A stretch of DNA of 64,000 bases from positions 1,248,001 through 1,312,000 of the forward strand of contig CAVZVA010000009.1 of assembly GCA_963778655.1 (NCBI GenBank). The letters are read 5' to 3'. The notes under the pieces were generated by a model that was not told where the DNA came from, ran no database searches, and saw nothing but the letters and a program-made list of their open reading frames with translations. This document shows positions 19,451-27,943 of the stretch, one piece after another. A program made the translations under genes and the position numbers. Every line of letters starts with the position of its first letter. Positions within the stretch are counted from its first letter, which is position 1. This DNA is from an uncultured delta proteobacterium. Its GTDB lineage: Bacteria; Myxococcota_A; Polyangia; Polyangiales; JAFGIB01.

Positions 19451-20812
19451 GTGGCTCGCCTGGACTTCGACCTGCTGGTCGTCGGCGGCGGATCGGGCGG
19501 AGTCCGAGCCGCCCGCGTCGCCGCCGGCCTCGGCGCGCGCGTGGGCCTGATCGAGAAGGCCAAGCTAGGAGGGACCTGCGTCAACGCGGGCTGCATTCCC
19601 AAGAAGCTGCTGTATTGCGGCGCCGAGACTGCTCAGGCGTTCCACGATGCGACGCCGTACGCCGAAGGGCTAGGGCGCGCGCGGGTCGATTGGTCACGGC
19701 TGGTCGCGCGCACCGACCGCGAGGTGTTGCGCCTCAACGGCGTCTACCGCGCGCTGCTCGAGCGTGCGGGTGTGATCGTGCTCGAGGGCGAGGCGAGGGT
19801 GGTCGAGCCGACTGAGATTCGGATCGGGCGGCGCCGACTGCGCTCGCGTTACCTGATCATCGCGACGGGGGGTGCCCCGCGCGTACCCAAAGTCGATGGT
19901 CGCGAGCTCGCGATCACCTCGGACCAGGCCTTTCACCTCGACCGCTTGCCGCGCCGCATCGTGATCGCGGGTGCGGGCTACGTGGCGCTGGAATTCGCCT
20001 CGATCTTCCGGCGGCTCGGCGTCGAGGTGCAGATCGTGTATCGCGCGGCTGAGATCCTGTCCGGCTTCGACGATGACGCGCGCCGGCACTTGGCCGGCGA
20101 GCTCCGCAAGCAGGGCATTGGGTTGCGGCCCGGCCAGCAGGTGCGGGCGCTGCGCCGGCACGGCGCGCGCCTCCGCGTCGAGCTGACTTCCGGAGGCGAG
20201 CTCGACACCGAGTGCTTTATGTTCGCGGTGGGGCGCGTGCCGACAACTACCGGGCTCGGCCTGGACCGGATCGGAGTCGCGCTCGGCGACGACGGCCGGG
20301 TGCTGGTCGACGAGCATAATCGCAGCTCGGTCGAGGGCATCTTCGCGATCGGCGACTGCACCGGCGGTCTGGGTCTCACGCCGCTGGCGATCGCGGAAGG
20401 GCAGGCGGTGGCGCGCGCGCTTTTCGGCGCGCCCGAGCCGCTGATCGATCGGGACCTGGTGCCGACTGCGGTCTTCTGCCAGCCCCAGCTCGCCAAGGTC
20501 GGGCTCTCGGAGACCACGGCTCGAGAGCGCGGCTTGGAGCCGGAGCTGTACCGCTCGGTCTTCGTGCCGCTCGAGCACCGCCTCAGCGGGCGGGACGAGC
20601 TGGCGCTGGTCAAGCTGGTCGTCGACCGCGACACGCAGCGCGTGCTCGGTTGTCACGTGGTGGCGCCGCACGCCGCCGAGATCATCCAGGGCTTTGCGGT
20701 CGCGTTGCGGTGCGGCGCGACCAAGGCTCAGCTCGATCGCACGCTCGGCGTGCACCCGACCGTGGCCGAGGAGCTGGTGACGATGCCGCAGCCGGCGGCT
20801 GCGGCCAAGTAG
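19451..20812 (+). CDS. gor: Glutathione-disulfide reductase family flavoprotein
   Basis: GGGSGG FAD motif, GGTCVNAGCIPKK redox disulfide, GAGYVALEF, GFAVALRCGATK, HPTVAEE. Confidence 0.88.
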   Translation: MARLDFDLLVVGGGSGGVRAARVAAGLGARVGLIEKAKLGGTCVNAGCIPKKLLYCGAETAQAFHDATPYAEGLGRARVDWSRLVARTDREVLRLNGVYRALLERAGVIVLEGEARVVEPTEIRIGRRRLRSRYLIIATGGAPRVPKVDGRELAITSDQAFHLDRLPRRIVIAGAGYVALEFASIFRRLGVEVQIVYRAAEILSGFDDDARRHLAGELRKQGIGLRPGQQVRALRRHGARLRVELTSGGELDTECFMFAVGRVPTTTGLGLDRIGVALGDDGRVLVDEHNRSSVEGIFAIGDCTGGLGLTPLAIAEGQAVARALFGAPEPLIDRDLVPTAVFCQPQLAKVGLSETTARERGLEPELYRSVFVPLEHRLSGRDELALVKLVVDRDTQRVLGCHVVAPHAAEIIQGFAVALRCGATKAQLDRTLGVHPTVAEELVTMPQPAAAAK

Positions 20813-20834
20813 GGCGCGCGGCAGGCGCGCACGC

Positions 20835-21734
20835 TCACGGCAGCCGGCGGCGGCCGAGCTGCGCCGCCCGCCGCGCGTGGGACCAAAGCGCACGGACCAG
20901 CGCGGCTCCGCGCGCACCCACCCGCTCCAGCGTGGTGTTCTGCACGAACACCGGATAGCTTGCCACCGCGACCAGGAACTCCGGAATGACCAGCGCGAAG
21001 GTGTTGAACAGGTGGAAGCCCAGGCCCAGGGCGAGCGCTAGCGGGCGCGTGCGGCGCACGAGCAGCAACGGCGCGATCATCAACTCGAAGCCGATGATCG
21101 TCCACGACAACCAAGTCCAGGCGTGCTCGGAAAGACCGCTCTGAACCAGGGCAAAGGCCAGCGGCGAAGCCCACATCCCCTGCATGTTCGAGCGCAGCAA
21201 CACGCCGGTGTGCCACTTGGGGTTGCACAGCTTCCACAAGCCCGAGCCGAAGTAGAGCAGCAGCGTCTGCATGGCCAGCACGCGCTCGCCCCACACGCTT
21301 GAGCCTTCGCTTTCGCGGCGCTGCGCGTCCAGGCCCCAGACCCGGCCCGCGTCGGCGAAGCAGAGCACCAGCAGGTCGATCACGATCAGGCGGTCGTAGG
21401 ACGATTGCCTGACCGCGAGCTGCAGGAAATAGTGATACAGAAACAGTAGCAGCAGCAGGCGTGCTGCCAGCTCGCTGCGGTAGCCCACGATCAGGGCCAG
21501 GTCGATCGCGATCATGGCCCCAAGCAGCGCGCGCGCCGCCGCCGGCGGCGGTGCATAGTCGGGCACGAGGTAGGGCAGCTGGACGCCCTGGTTCGAGAAC
21601 ATCAGCACGGCATCGGGCCAGAGGTTGATCAGGTAAAAGAGTAGGTACAGGCCGAACAGGATGCGCACGGACGCGAGCCGGTAGCCGGGCGCCGGTGCGT
21701 GGAGGAATCGATCGAGCGCGCCCAGGGCGCTCAT
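20835..21734 (-). CDS. HTTM-domain membrane protein (VKGC/SdpB-like)
   Basis: LASVRILFG, LIVGYRS, WGLDA, QTLLLYFGSGLWKL..PKWHTG, IGFEL, LGFHL. ATG at 21734 overlaps the upstream stop. Confidence 0.82.
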   Translation of the reverse strand: MSALGALDRFLHAPAPGYRLASVRILFGLYLLFYLINLWPDAVLMFSNQGVQLPYLVPDYAPPPAAARALLGAMIAIDLALIVGYRSELAARLLLLLFLYHYFLQLAVRQSSYDRLIVIDLLVLCFADAGRVWGLDAQRRESEGSSVWGERVLAMQTLLLYFGSGLWKLCNPKWHTGVLLRSNMQGMWASPLAFALVQSGLSEHAWTWLSWTIIGFELMIAPLLLVRRTRPLALALGLGFHLFNTFALVIPEFLVAVASYPVFVQNTTLERVGARGAALVRALWSHARRAAQLGRRRLP

Positions 21735-22306
21735 CGCTCCTCGGGCTCGGTGTACCAGGACTGCGTCTTGACCAGCGGTGCCCGCTTCAACGCGCGATAG
21801 CCCGCGGGGCTCTGCGGCCAGAATACGATGCCGAAGCTGACACGCGAGACCTTGTGCTGCGGATGCAGGCGGTTCTGATGCTCGCGAATCCGACGCGCGA
21901 GATCCTTCCAGGCGCGCTGCTGCGCCCGCAAGCCGTGGATGTCCCACTGGTGCGTGGCGAACATCTGCGTGAAGACGATGCCCTGTCGCTGCGCGAAGTG
22001 CTCGCGCACCGGCAGATCGATCCAGCGGCGGCGGTCCGCGATCAGGCCGTCGCGGGTGCGCTGGCCGGCGATGTACAGGTCGGTGTTGACGAGGCTGTAC
22101 GAGTTGAACATGCCGGTGATCAGGAACGCGTCCAGCAGGAACAGCGGGCAGGGCAAATGCAGCCGCAGCTGTCGTATCGGCGGGGGCTGCAGGGCCACCG
22201 CCGCGTTGCCGTACAGCACGATCAGCGCGATCGCGTTCTGGGCCGTGCGCCGCCAGCGCCGCGCCCGCCCGCGCGGGGCGGGTGCATTTTCCGACTCTGG
22301 AGCCAT
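21731..22306 (-). CDS. Hypothetical membrane-anchored partner of the HTTM protein
   Basis: Basic N-terminus plus hydrophobic segment; TGMF motif; translationally coupled to the HTTM gene. Confidence 0.7.
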   Translation of the reverse strand: MAPESENAPAPRGRARRWRRTAQNAIALIVLYGNAAVALQPPPIRQLRLHLPCPLFLLDAFLITGMFNSYSLVNTDLYIAGQRTRDGLIADRRRWIDLPVREHFAQRQGIVFTQMFATHQWDIHGLRAQQRAWKDLARRIREHQNRLHPQHKVSRVSFGIVFWPQSPAGYRALKRAPLVKTQSWYTEPEER

Positions 22307-22339
22307 GCGGGCCTTCGCGTGGCGGTCGAGCCGGCGCCT

Positions 22340-22909
22340 TCAGCGATAGTTGATCTCGACTCGCCCGTCGTCCCCGAAGCGTACCGTGCCGCCCTCGCCG
22401 CTGCAGCCGTAGCATGTGGTCCAGATCAATTGCTTCGGGTACCGGTCGGCGAATCCGATGGCGATTGAGGCGTCTGCTTCGTCGACGACCAGGCTCGCCG
22501 CGTGCTCGAGCCGGCCCCCGCCACGACGGTAGAGCAGGGCCATGACGGCGCGATCGCCTGAGCGGCCAGACAGCACCCACAGGTTGGTGCCCTGCTCCGG
22601 GCGCCAGGCGAATGCGGAGGGTTGAATGGCCCAGGGCTGCACGTGCCCGCGGCTGCGGCCGCCGCGGCGCAGTGCGGCATCCGCGTCGGCGTCGCTGAAT
22701 GGTACGTAGGCCTTGGCTAGCCGCGCGAGCCCGGGCACGCCAGCGAGCGCGTCCCGCGCTGCGGCCAGACCGAGGCCGAGTGGCTCCACCCCGACCGTCG
22801 GTCCGGCCTGGGGTGGCTGCTGCGCGTGCGCGGGGCTCGCCGGCTCGCAGCCCGTGGTCGCCACCAGGCCGAGGCCTGCCAGCAGCACCGAGGCGATCAG
22901 ACGCGGCAT
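22340..22909 (-). CDS. Hypothetical lipoprotein
   Basis: Signal peptide MPRLIASVLLAGLGLVATTGC; C-terminal WTTCYGCSGEGG (CxxC). Confidence 0.7.
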   Translation of the reverse strand: MPRLIASVLLAGLGLVATTGCEPASPAHAQQPPQAGPTVGVEPLGLGLAAARDALAGVPGLARLAKAYVPFSDADADAALRRGGRSRGHVQPWAIQPSAFAWRPEQGTNLWVLSGRSGDRAVMALLYRRGGGRLEHAASLVVDEADASIAIGFADRYPKQLIWTTCYGCSGEGGTVRFGDDGRVEINYR

Positions 22910-22973
22910 CGCCGTACCCTAACGAGCGTGCGCGGGGCGCGCCAAGTTTTCCGCCCGGCTGGCGGCGTCCCGC

Positions 22974-23002
22974 TTGCCAGGCGAGTCCTGGGGCCGTATT
23001 CA
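22974..23002 (+). promoter_or_regulatory. sigma70-like promoter of rnpB
   Basis: TTGCCA-17 nt-TATTCA ends 7 nt before the predicted RNA 5' end. Confidence 0.5.
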
Positions 23003-23009
23003 GTGGCTT

Positions 23010-23392
23010 GTCGGAGCGGCCCTGGCGGTCGCCGGCTGACCTCGCGTCAGCGGGAGGAAAGTCCGAGCTCCATAGGACGGGATGCCAGCCAACGGCTGGT
23101 GGGGGCGACCCCGAGGAAAGTGCCACAGAGAACAGACCGCCCCGTCGCCGCGAGGCCGCGGGGTAAGGGTGAAACGGCGAGGTAAGAGCTCACCGGACCG
23201 ACGGCAACGTCGGTCGCACGGCAAACCCCATCCGGAGCAAGGCGGAATAGGAAGGCGTTCGAGGGTGGTCCGCCCGAGCCTTCGGGTTCGCCGCTCGAGG
23301 CGCGCGGCGACGCGTGTCCTAGATGAATGATCGCCACCCGTGTCCCGGCGACGGGACGCGGAGAACAGAACTCGGCTTACGGGCCCTCCGAC
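23010..23392 (+). ncRNA. rnpB: RNase P RNA, bacterial type A
   Basis: GAGGAAAGTCCGAGCTCCA, GGAAAGTGCCACAGA, AAGGGTGAAACGG..GGTAAGAGC, GGCAAACCCC..GGAGCAAG, CTAGATGAATG, ACAGAACTCGGCTTA; P1 pairing GTCGGAG.GGCCC / GGGCCCTCCGAC. Confidence 0.97.
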
Positions 23393-23394
23393 CG

Positions 23395-23424
23395 CAAAAC
23401 CCCGTGCTCACGCGCGGGGTTTTG
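23395..23424 (+). terminator. Intrinsic terminator of rnpB
   Basis: CAAAACCCCG...CGGGGTTTTG hairpin with U tract immediately after the RNA. Confidence 0.8.
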
Positions 23425-23623
23425 TGCTTCCTTGCCAGTCGCGGCCGCCGCCGTGCGCTTGGAAGATTATCCATAAATTCCGAGTATAGCGGTAATTTTG
23501 GTGGGGGCCGGTCAACGTGCTATCTACGATCCTCCGTCCTGACGCAGCGCTGCGAGGGTTTGTCCTTGAACCCCGTGGTGGGGGGGATCTAAAAACCCAT
23601 TCACTAGCTCATGGAGGTCCCTC

Positions 23624-23878
23624 GTGAGGGAACTGGTTCGCTACTTGCTCGAGAATGCGGTGATCGACTTTCGCGGCGAAATCTCCATGGAGAAAGTGCG
23701 CGAGTGCCTGCGCGAAGACGACAGCCGCGAAGCGCGCGCGTTGCTGTCGAAGCTGATCGATGACAAGGGCGTCGACGATCTGCTGATCACGATTGCGGAC
23801 TGCCTCAAGGATCACATCCGGGTCGGCATTACCGAGGACACGCTGCGCGAGCAGCTCACGATGTACAGCGAGAGCTGA
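23624..23878 (+). CDS. Small acidic helical hypothetical protein (84 aa)
   Basis: GGAGG RBS before GTG; normal codon bias; IDFRGEIS...DDSREARALL.KLI.DKGVDDLLIT. Confidence 0.8.
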   Translation: MRELVRYLLENAVIDFRGEISMEKVRECLREDDSREARALLSKLIDDKGVDDLLITIADCLKDHIRVGITEDTLREQLTMYSES

Positions 23879-23984
23879 GCGCCGCGCGTGATGGCGAGGC
23901 GTATCGAGCGCGCGTTCGCGCGGCGGCGGTGTCCCCGGCCGTGAGCATTGCCCAATCGCGATCCTCGATTTAGCATCCGCCGCA

Positions 23985-24875
23985 ATGCAGTCGGCGCGTT
24001 CGCATTTCCTGGCGCTCGCCGCGCTGTCCCTGGTCAGTCTGGGCGCGAGTTGCGACCGCGGCTCGAAAGCGGGCCCGGCAAGCGCGGCTGCCGCTGTGCG
24101 CGCGACCCCTGGCGAGCGCGTCGAGGAGGTTCCGGGTGTCGACACCTCGGAGCTGACCGATGCGGAGACCCGCATGTGGGTCGACCTGATCAACGAGCAG
24201 CTCTCGCCGTGCAAGGAGCCTCTCAGCGTTGGACGCTGCGCGGCCCAGAAGGGCAAGTGCGGGGCCTGCGTCACAGCTGCGCGCTACCTCGTGCGCCTGG
24301 TGATGGAGGGCTACGACAAGCAGACCATCGAGAAGGATTACACCGGTCGCTTCGATCCGCACAGCCGGGTCGAGCTGAAGGCCGACGCCAGCAAGGTTCG
24401 GGGTGCGCCGATGGCGCCGATCACGCTGGTCGAGTTCAGCGACTTCGAGTGCCCTTATTGCGGGGCGGCGCGCCCCGAGCTCGAGCGCCTGTTGCGCGAA
24501 TTCGACGGGCAGGTAAAGCTCGTCTTCAAGTACTTCCCGCTCAGCGTCCACCAGCGCGCCATGCCTGCCGCGCGCGCCGCAGAGGCGGCGTCTCGGCAAG
24601 GGAAGTTCTGGGAGATGCATGATCTGCTGTTCGAGCACCAGCGCGAGCTGGAAGACGCCGATCTCCTTCGCTACGCCACGCAGCTCGGGCTCGACGTCGC
24701 CCGCTTCCAGGCGGACATGGCTTCGCCCGAGGTGCAGAAGGTGATCGATGCCGACCGCCAGGCGGGCGAGAAGCTCGGCATCGAGGGCACGCCCACGATT
24801 TACGTCGACGGTCATCTGTTTCGTGAGCCACTCAAGGCCCTGTCGGCCTATCTGAAGGAGGAGCTGGAGCTGTGA
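23985..24875 (+). CDS. DsbA-family thiol-disulfide oxidoreductase lipoprotein
   Basis: LGASC lipobox; EFSDFECPYC, FKYFPL..H, QGKFWEMHDLLF, GTPT cis-Pro loop; extra Cys-rich N-terminal domain. Confidence 0.9.
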   Translation: MQSARSHFLALAALSLVSLGASCDRGSKAGPASAAAAVRATPGERVEEVPGVDTSELTDAETRMWVDLINEQLSPCKEPLSVGRCAAQKGKCGACVTAARYLVRLVMEGYDKQTIEKDYTGRFDPHSRVELKADASKVRGAPMAPITLVEFSDFECPYCGAARPELERLLREFDGQVKLVFKYFPLSVHQRAMPAARAAEAASRQGKFWEMHDLLFEHQRELEDADLLRYATQLGLDVARFQADMASPEVQKVIDADRQAGEKLGIEGTPTIYVDGHLFREPLKALSAYLKEELEL

Positions 24876-24958
24876 GAAATTGTAGGCAATCATTCGAGCA
24901 ATCACGGTCCGTCGCGGCAGAGGATGAATCGCCTCGCTGGATCGTCCGTCGGAGCCCC

Positions 24959-25468
24959 ATGCGTTTGCTCAAGTTGTGGCTGTCGTCGCTGCTGGTGATG
25001 GTTCCCCTCCTGGCAGGCGTCGCCGGGCACGCCCTTGCGCTCGATTCGGGCGCGCCGCTGCCCGAGATCGGGCTCACCGATCTGGCCGGCAAGCGCGTCG
25101 ACCTGGCCTCGCTTCGCGGCAAGGTGGTGATCGTCGATTTCTGGGCTTCCTGGTGCGCGCCCTGCAAGCAGGAGATGCCCGTGCTCGAGCGTCTCTACAA
25201 GAAGTACAAGAGCCGCGGTTTGGTGGTCGTCGGCGTCAGCGTCGATCAAGAAGCCGCGAACGTGGGATCGTTCATCAAGCAGCTCAAGGTGACCTTTCCG
25301 ATCGTCCACGACAAGGCACACAGTGTCGCCGACCGCTTCCATCCGCCCCGCATGCCATCTTCGTTTATCGTCGATCGCAATGGCGTGGTGCGCCACGTGC
25401 ACGGTGGCTTTCGCGCGTCCGACGCCGTGTCGATCGAATCCGAGGTCACCGCGCTGCTCGGCGGATGA
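24959..25468 (+). CDS. TlpA/ResA-like thioredoxin (exported)
   Basis: GGAG RBS, signal peptide, LRGKVVIVDFWASWCAPCKQEMP, MPSSFIVDRNG. Confidence 0.9.
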   Translation: MRLLKLWLSSLLVMVPLLAGVAGHALALDSGAPLPEIGLTDLAGKRVDLASLRGKVVIVDFWASWCAPCKQEMPVLERLYKKYKSRGLVVVGVSVDQEAANVGSFIKQLKVTFPIVHDKAHSVADRFHPPRMPSSFIVDRNGVVRHVHGGFRASDAVSIESEVTALLGG

Positions 25469-25494
25469 CGCGACAACCCGCGGCGGGGCGTCAC

Positions 25495-27081
25495 TCAGCT
25501 CGGTCCGCGGTGGCGCAGGCGTGCCGCGTGCAGGAAGTCGGCGAGCCGTTCGGCCACGTAGCTGATCACGCTCGCGTCCTGCGGGTTGAAAGCGACGCCG
25601 CCCCGGCGGTTGATCAGTTGCAGCACGCCGAGGAGTTGGTGCTCGTGGACAATCGGCCGGAGCAATAGGTCGCGTGCGTTCAGCCCGGGGCGACTGTCGA
25701 TTGCCGGGGTGAAGGCCGCTTCGCGCGCGACGTCGTCGAACACACTGGCGTGGTGCTCGTCCCTCACCGCCACTGCGAACAGGCCCGCGGCTCGTGGCAC
25801 CGCCTGGCCCTGCATCTCCGCTGCGGCCGTACCGGTGACGGCGACGAAGCGCAGCTCGTCGGTGTTGATGTCATACAGGCAGGCGCTGGTGGCCTCGGCT
25901 GGAATCGTGCGCTCGAGCAGCTGCACCGTGAAATCCATTCCCTCCGCAGCGGTGTGCAAGCCGGAGAGGCCTTCGAGGGCTTCGAACACGTCCGCCAGCA
26001 CGTCGTCGTGCGGTGCGGGACCGGGTGGTACGGACGACACGCGCATGGTCGCGGGATAGTCGACCTCGACCTCGTCTCGCCAGTCGCGCCATTGCAGCAC
26101 GATCAACGGCGGTCGCTCCGGGGCGGTCCGCCAGCGGTGATCGAAGACCGCAAGATTGACCAGCTTGCCGCGCGGCCTGCCGATCAGGGCCTGCTGCAGA
26201 TCTGCGAGCTTGAAGCGCAATGCGGCCTCGGCTTCGGGAACCGTGACGCCTTTGGGCAGCAGGAAAGCCCGCTCGCGGTAACACAGGGGGTTGGCCGGCG
26301 TGGGCTCCTCGTCGCGCTCCAGCAGCAGCTCGAGGTTGAGCGGTGGGCGCGACGATCGGGTGGCCGCGGGCTGCGGGGACGCTTGGGGCGCGGCGGCCGC
26401 GCCCGATGAGCGGGCTTCGGGGCCGAGGTTGGCCGCCCTCGCCGCTGCCGCGCCATCGGCGAAGGTCATGGTTTCGAAGCGCTTCTTGGGTCGCGCGGGA
26501 GCTTGCGGACTTGCGGCGGCGGGCTCATGGGCAGGCGCTTGCGTCTGGGGTGCGCTCGGTTCCATGGCTTTCACGTGGTCGGCCGCGCCTGCTTCGGTCG
26601 GCGCGGCGATCGGAGCAGGCACCGGCGCTTGAGCCTGCTGCGGCGCCGGCTGCGTGACCGGCACCGCTGCCGGGGCAGCCGCTCGCTCGGGGATCATCGC
26701 GACGGTCTCGAAGCGCTTGGGCTTGCTCACGGGTGGGGGCTGCTGCTGCGCGGCGGCGCTCTCGACTGCGGGCGCAGCGGGTGCGGCTTGAGCTGGCGGT
26801 GCGACCGCCGTGGCCGCGACTTCGGACGCCGGCGCCGCGGCTTCGTCCAAGGCTTGGGGCGAGAGCACGAACTTGCGGCGTGAAGCCGCGTCCAGCACGG
26901 TGGCCACGCCGTTGGCATCGACGCTGCAGCTTGCGCCGGGCGGCAAGCTCGGCCGTTCGCCCATACCTTGCCGCGCAGCGCGCAGCGCGCTCATCCAATT
27001 GGTGGCCTCGACCTCGCCTTGGTGTAAAGCGTCCGACGCCCCCAGCCGGGCCACCAAGATTCTCCATTTTTGCGTCGGCAC
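25495..27081 (-). CDS. GAF-domain protein with long Pro/Ala-rich linker
   Basis: C-terminal GAF (LYDINTDELRF...G+...D...F...ID...LLGVLQLINR...F...D). GTG start at 27081 chosen because the longer track ORF runs antisense into the next gene. Confidence 0.78.
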   Translation of the reverse strand: MPTQKWRILVARLGASDALHQGEVEATNWMSALRAARQGMGERPSLPPGASCSVDANGVATVLDAASRRKFVLSPQALDEAAAPASEVAATAVAPPAQAAPAAPAVESAAAQQQPPPVSKPKRFETVAMIPERAAAPAAVPVTQPAPQQAQAPVPAPIAAPTEAGAADHVKAMEPSAPQTQAPAHEPAAASPQAPARPKKRFETMTFADGAAAARAANLGPEARSSGAAAAPQASPQPAATRSSRPPLNLELLLERDEEPTPANPLCYRERAFLLPKGVTVPEAEAALRFKLADLQQALIGRPRGKLVNLAVFDHRWRTAPERPPLIVLQWRDWRDEVEVDYPATMRVSSVPPGPAPHDDVLADVFEALEGLSGLHTAAEGMDFTVQLLERTIPAEATSACLYDINTDELRFVAVTGTAAAEMQGQAVPRAAGLFAVAVRDEHHASVFDDVAREAAFTPAIDSRPGLNARDLLLRPIVHEHQLLGVLQLINRRGGVAFNPQDASVISYVAERLADFLHAARLRHRGPS

Positions 27082-27265
27082 GGTTATCTGATCGCACAGG
27101 CTACGGGAGGCCGAATCGCCGGCCCGGGTTTTATCAATGGCCACATCCCAGGGCAAGCCGTCCTTGCGTAACCGTATGGAAACACCAGCCCACGTGTTGT
27201 GCGCTATCGTTGGCGCAGACTTCAGCAATCCGGCGCGCTGCTGAGCCGCTCGGAGGTTTCCAACC

Positions 27266-27943
27266 ATGTGGATTCTGGTCGTTGGGTCGAGCAGTGTGTT
27301 GCACCGCAAAGATGGAGGCGCAGCGGCGCTGAGCGAGCTGGGCTGTCGCGTGAGATCCGCGGATTTGTGGGATTCGCTGGACACTGTGAGCCTCGATCCC
27401 GAGCCGCCCGCTGCAATCCTGGTCGAGGCGATGGACCAATATGATGCGGGCAAGGCCGCGCTGGTGCGCATTCGCGCGGTCGAGGCGCTGGCCGAGGTCC
27501 CGTGCCTGGTGGCGGTCGCAGTCGGCCAAACCCAGCGTCTCGACGGAAACGACGGCTTCGACGACTTCATCTTGCTGCCCTACATCCCCGCCGAGCTCTA
27601 TATGCGTGTGCGGCGCGCCGAATGGCGCCGCAGCGAGTTCACCGGCAAGGAGCGCATCAAGATCGGCGCGATGTGCATCGACCTAGCCGGACACGAGGTG
27701 ACGGTCGACGGGCGCAAGGTCGACCTCACCCACCAGGAGTTCGCGTTGCTCAAGTTCCTGAGTCAGAACCGCGGTCGCGTGTTCAGCCGCGAGCAACTGC
27801 TGAGCCGAGTCTGGGGAGTCAACTACTACGGCGGGAGCCGGACCGTGGACATCCACGTGCGCCGCCTGCGCATGAAGCTCGGCACCATGGCCGAGCCGAT
27901 CGAAACCGTGCGTGGCGTCGGCTACAAGATGAAGCCGCCATGA
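27266..27943 (+). CDS. OmpR/PhoB-family winged-helix regulator with atypical receiver (GlnR-like)
   Basis: GGAGG RBS; LT..EF.LL.FL.....RVFSREQLL..VWG..YYGGSRTVDIHVRRLR.KLG...IETVRGVGY; the receiver lacks the canonical DD, D and K residues. Confidence 0.88.
   Translation: MWILVVGSSSVLHRKDGGAAALSELGCRVRSADLWDSLDTVSLDPEPPAAILVEAMDQYDAGKAALVRIRAVEALAEVPCLVAVAVGQTQRLDGNDGFDDFILLPYIPAELYMRVRRAEWRRSEFTGKERIKIGAMCIDLAGHEVTVDGRKVDLTHQEFALLKFLSQNRGRVFSREQLLSRVWGVNYYGGSRTVDIHVRRLRMKLGTMAEPIETVRGVGYKMKPP

Noticed and set aside
21735..23126. 5' extension of the 763-aa ORF 20835..23126
   Set aside because: It overlaps two better genes and rnpB; only the part from ATG 21734 is protein-like (HTTM).
27082..27570. 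N-terminal extension of the GAF ORF (691 aa)
   Set aside because: Runs antisense through the GlnR-like gene and its promoter region.
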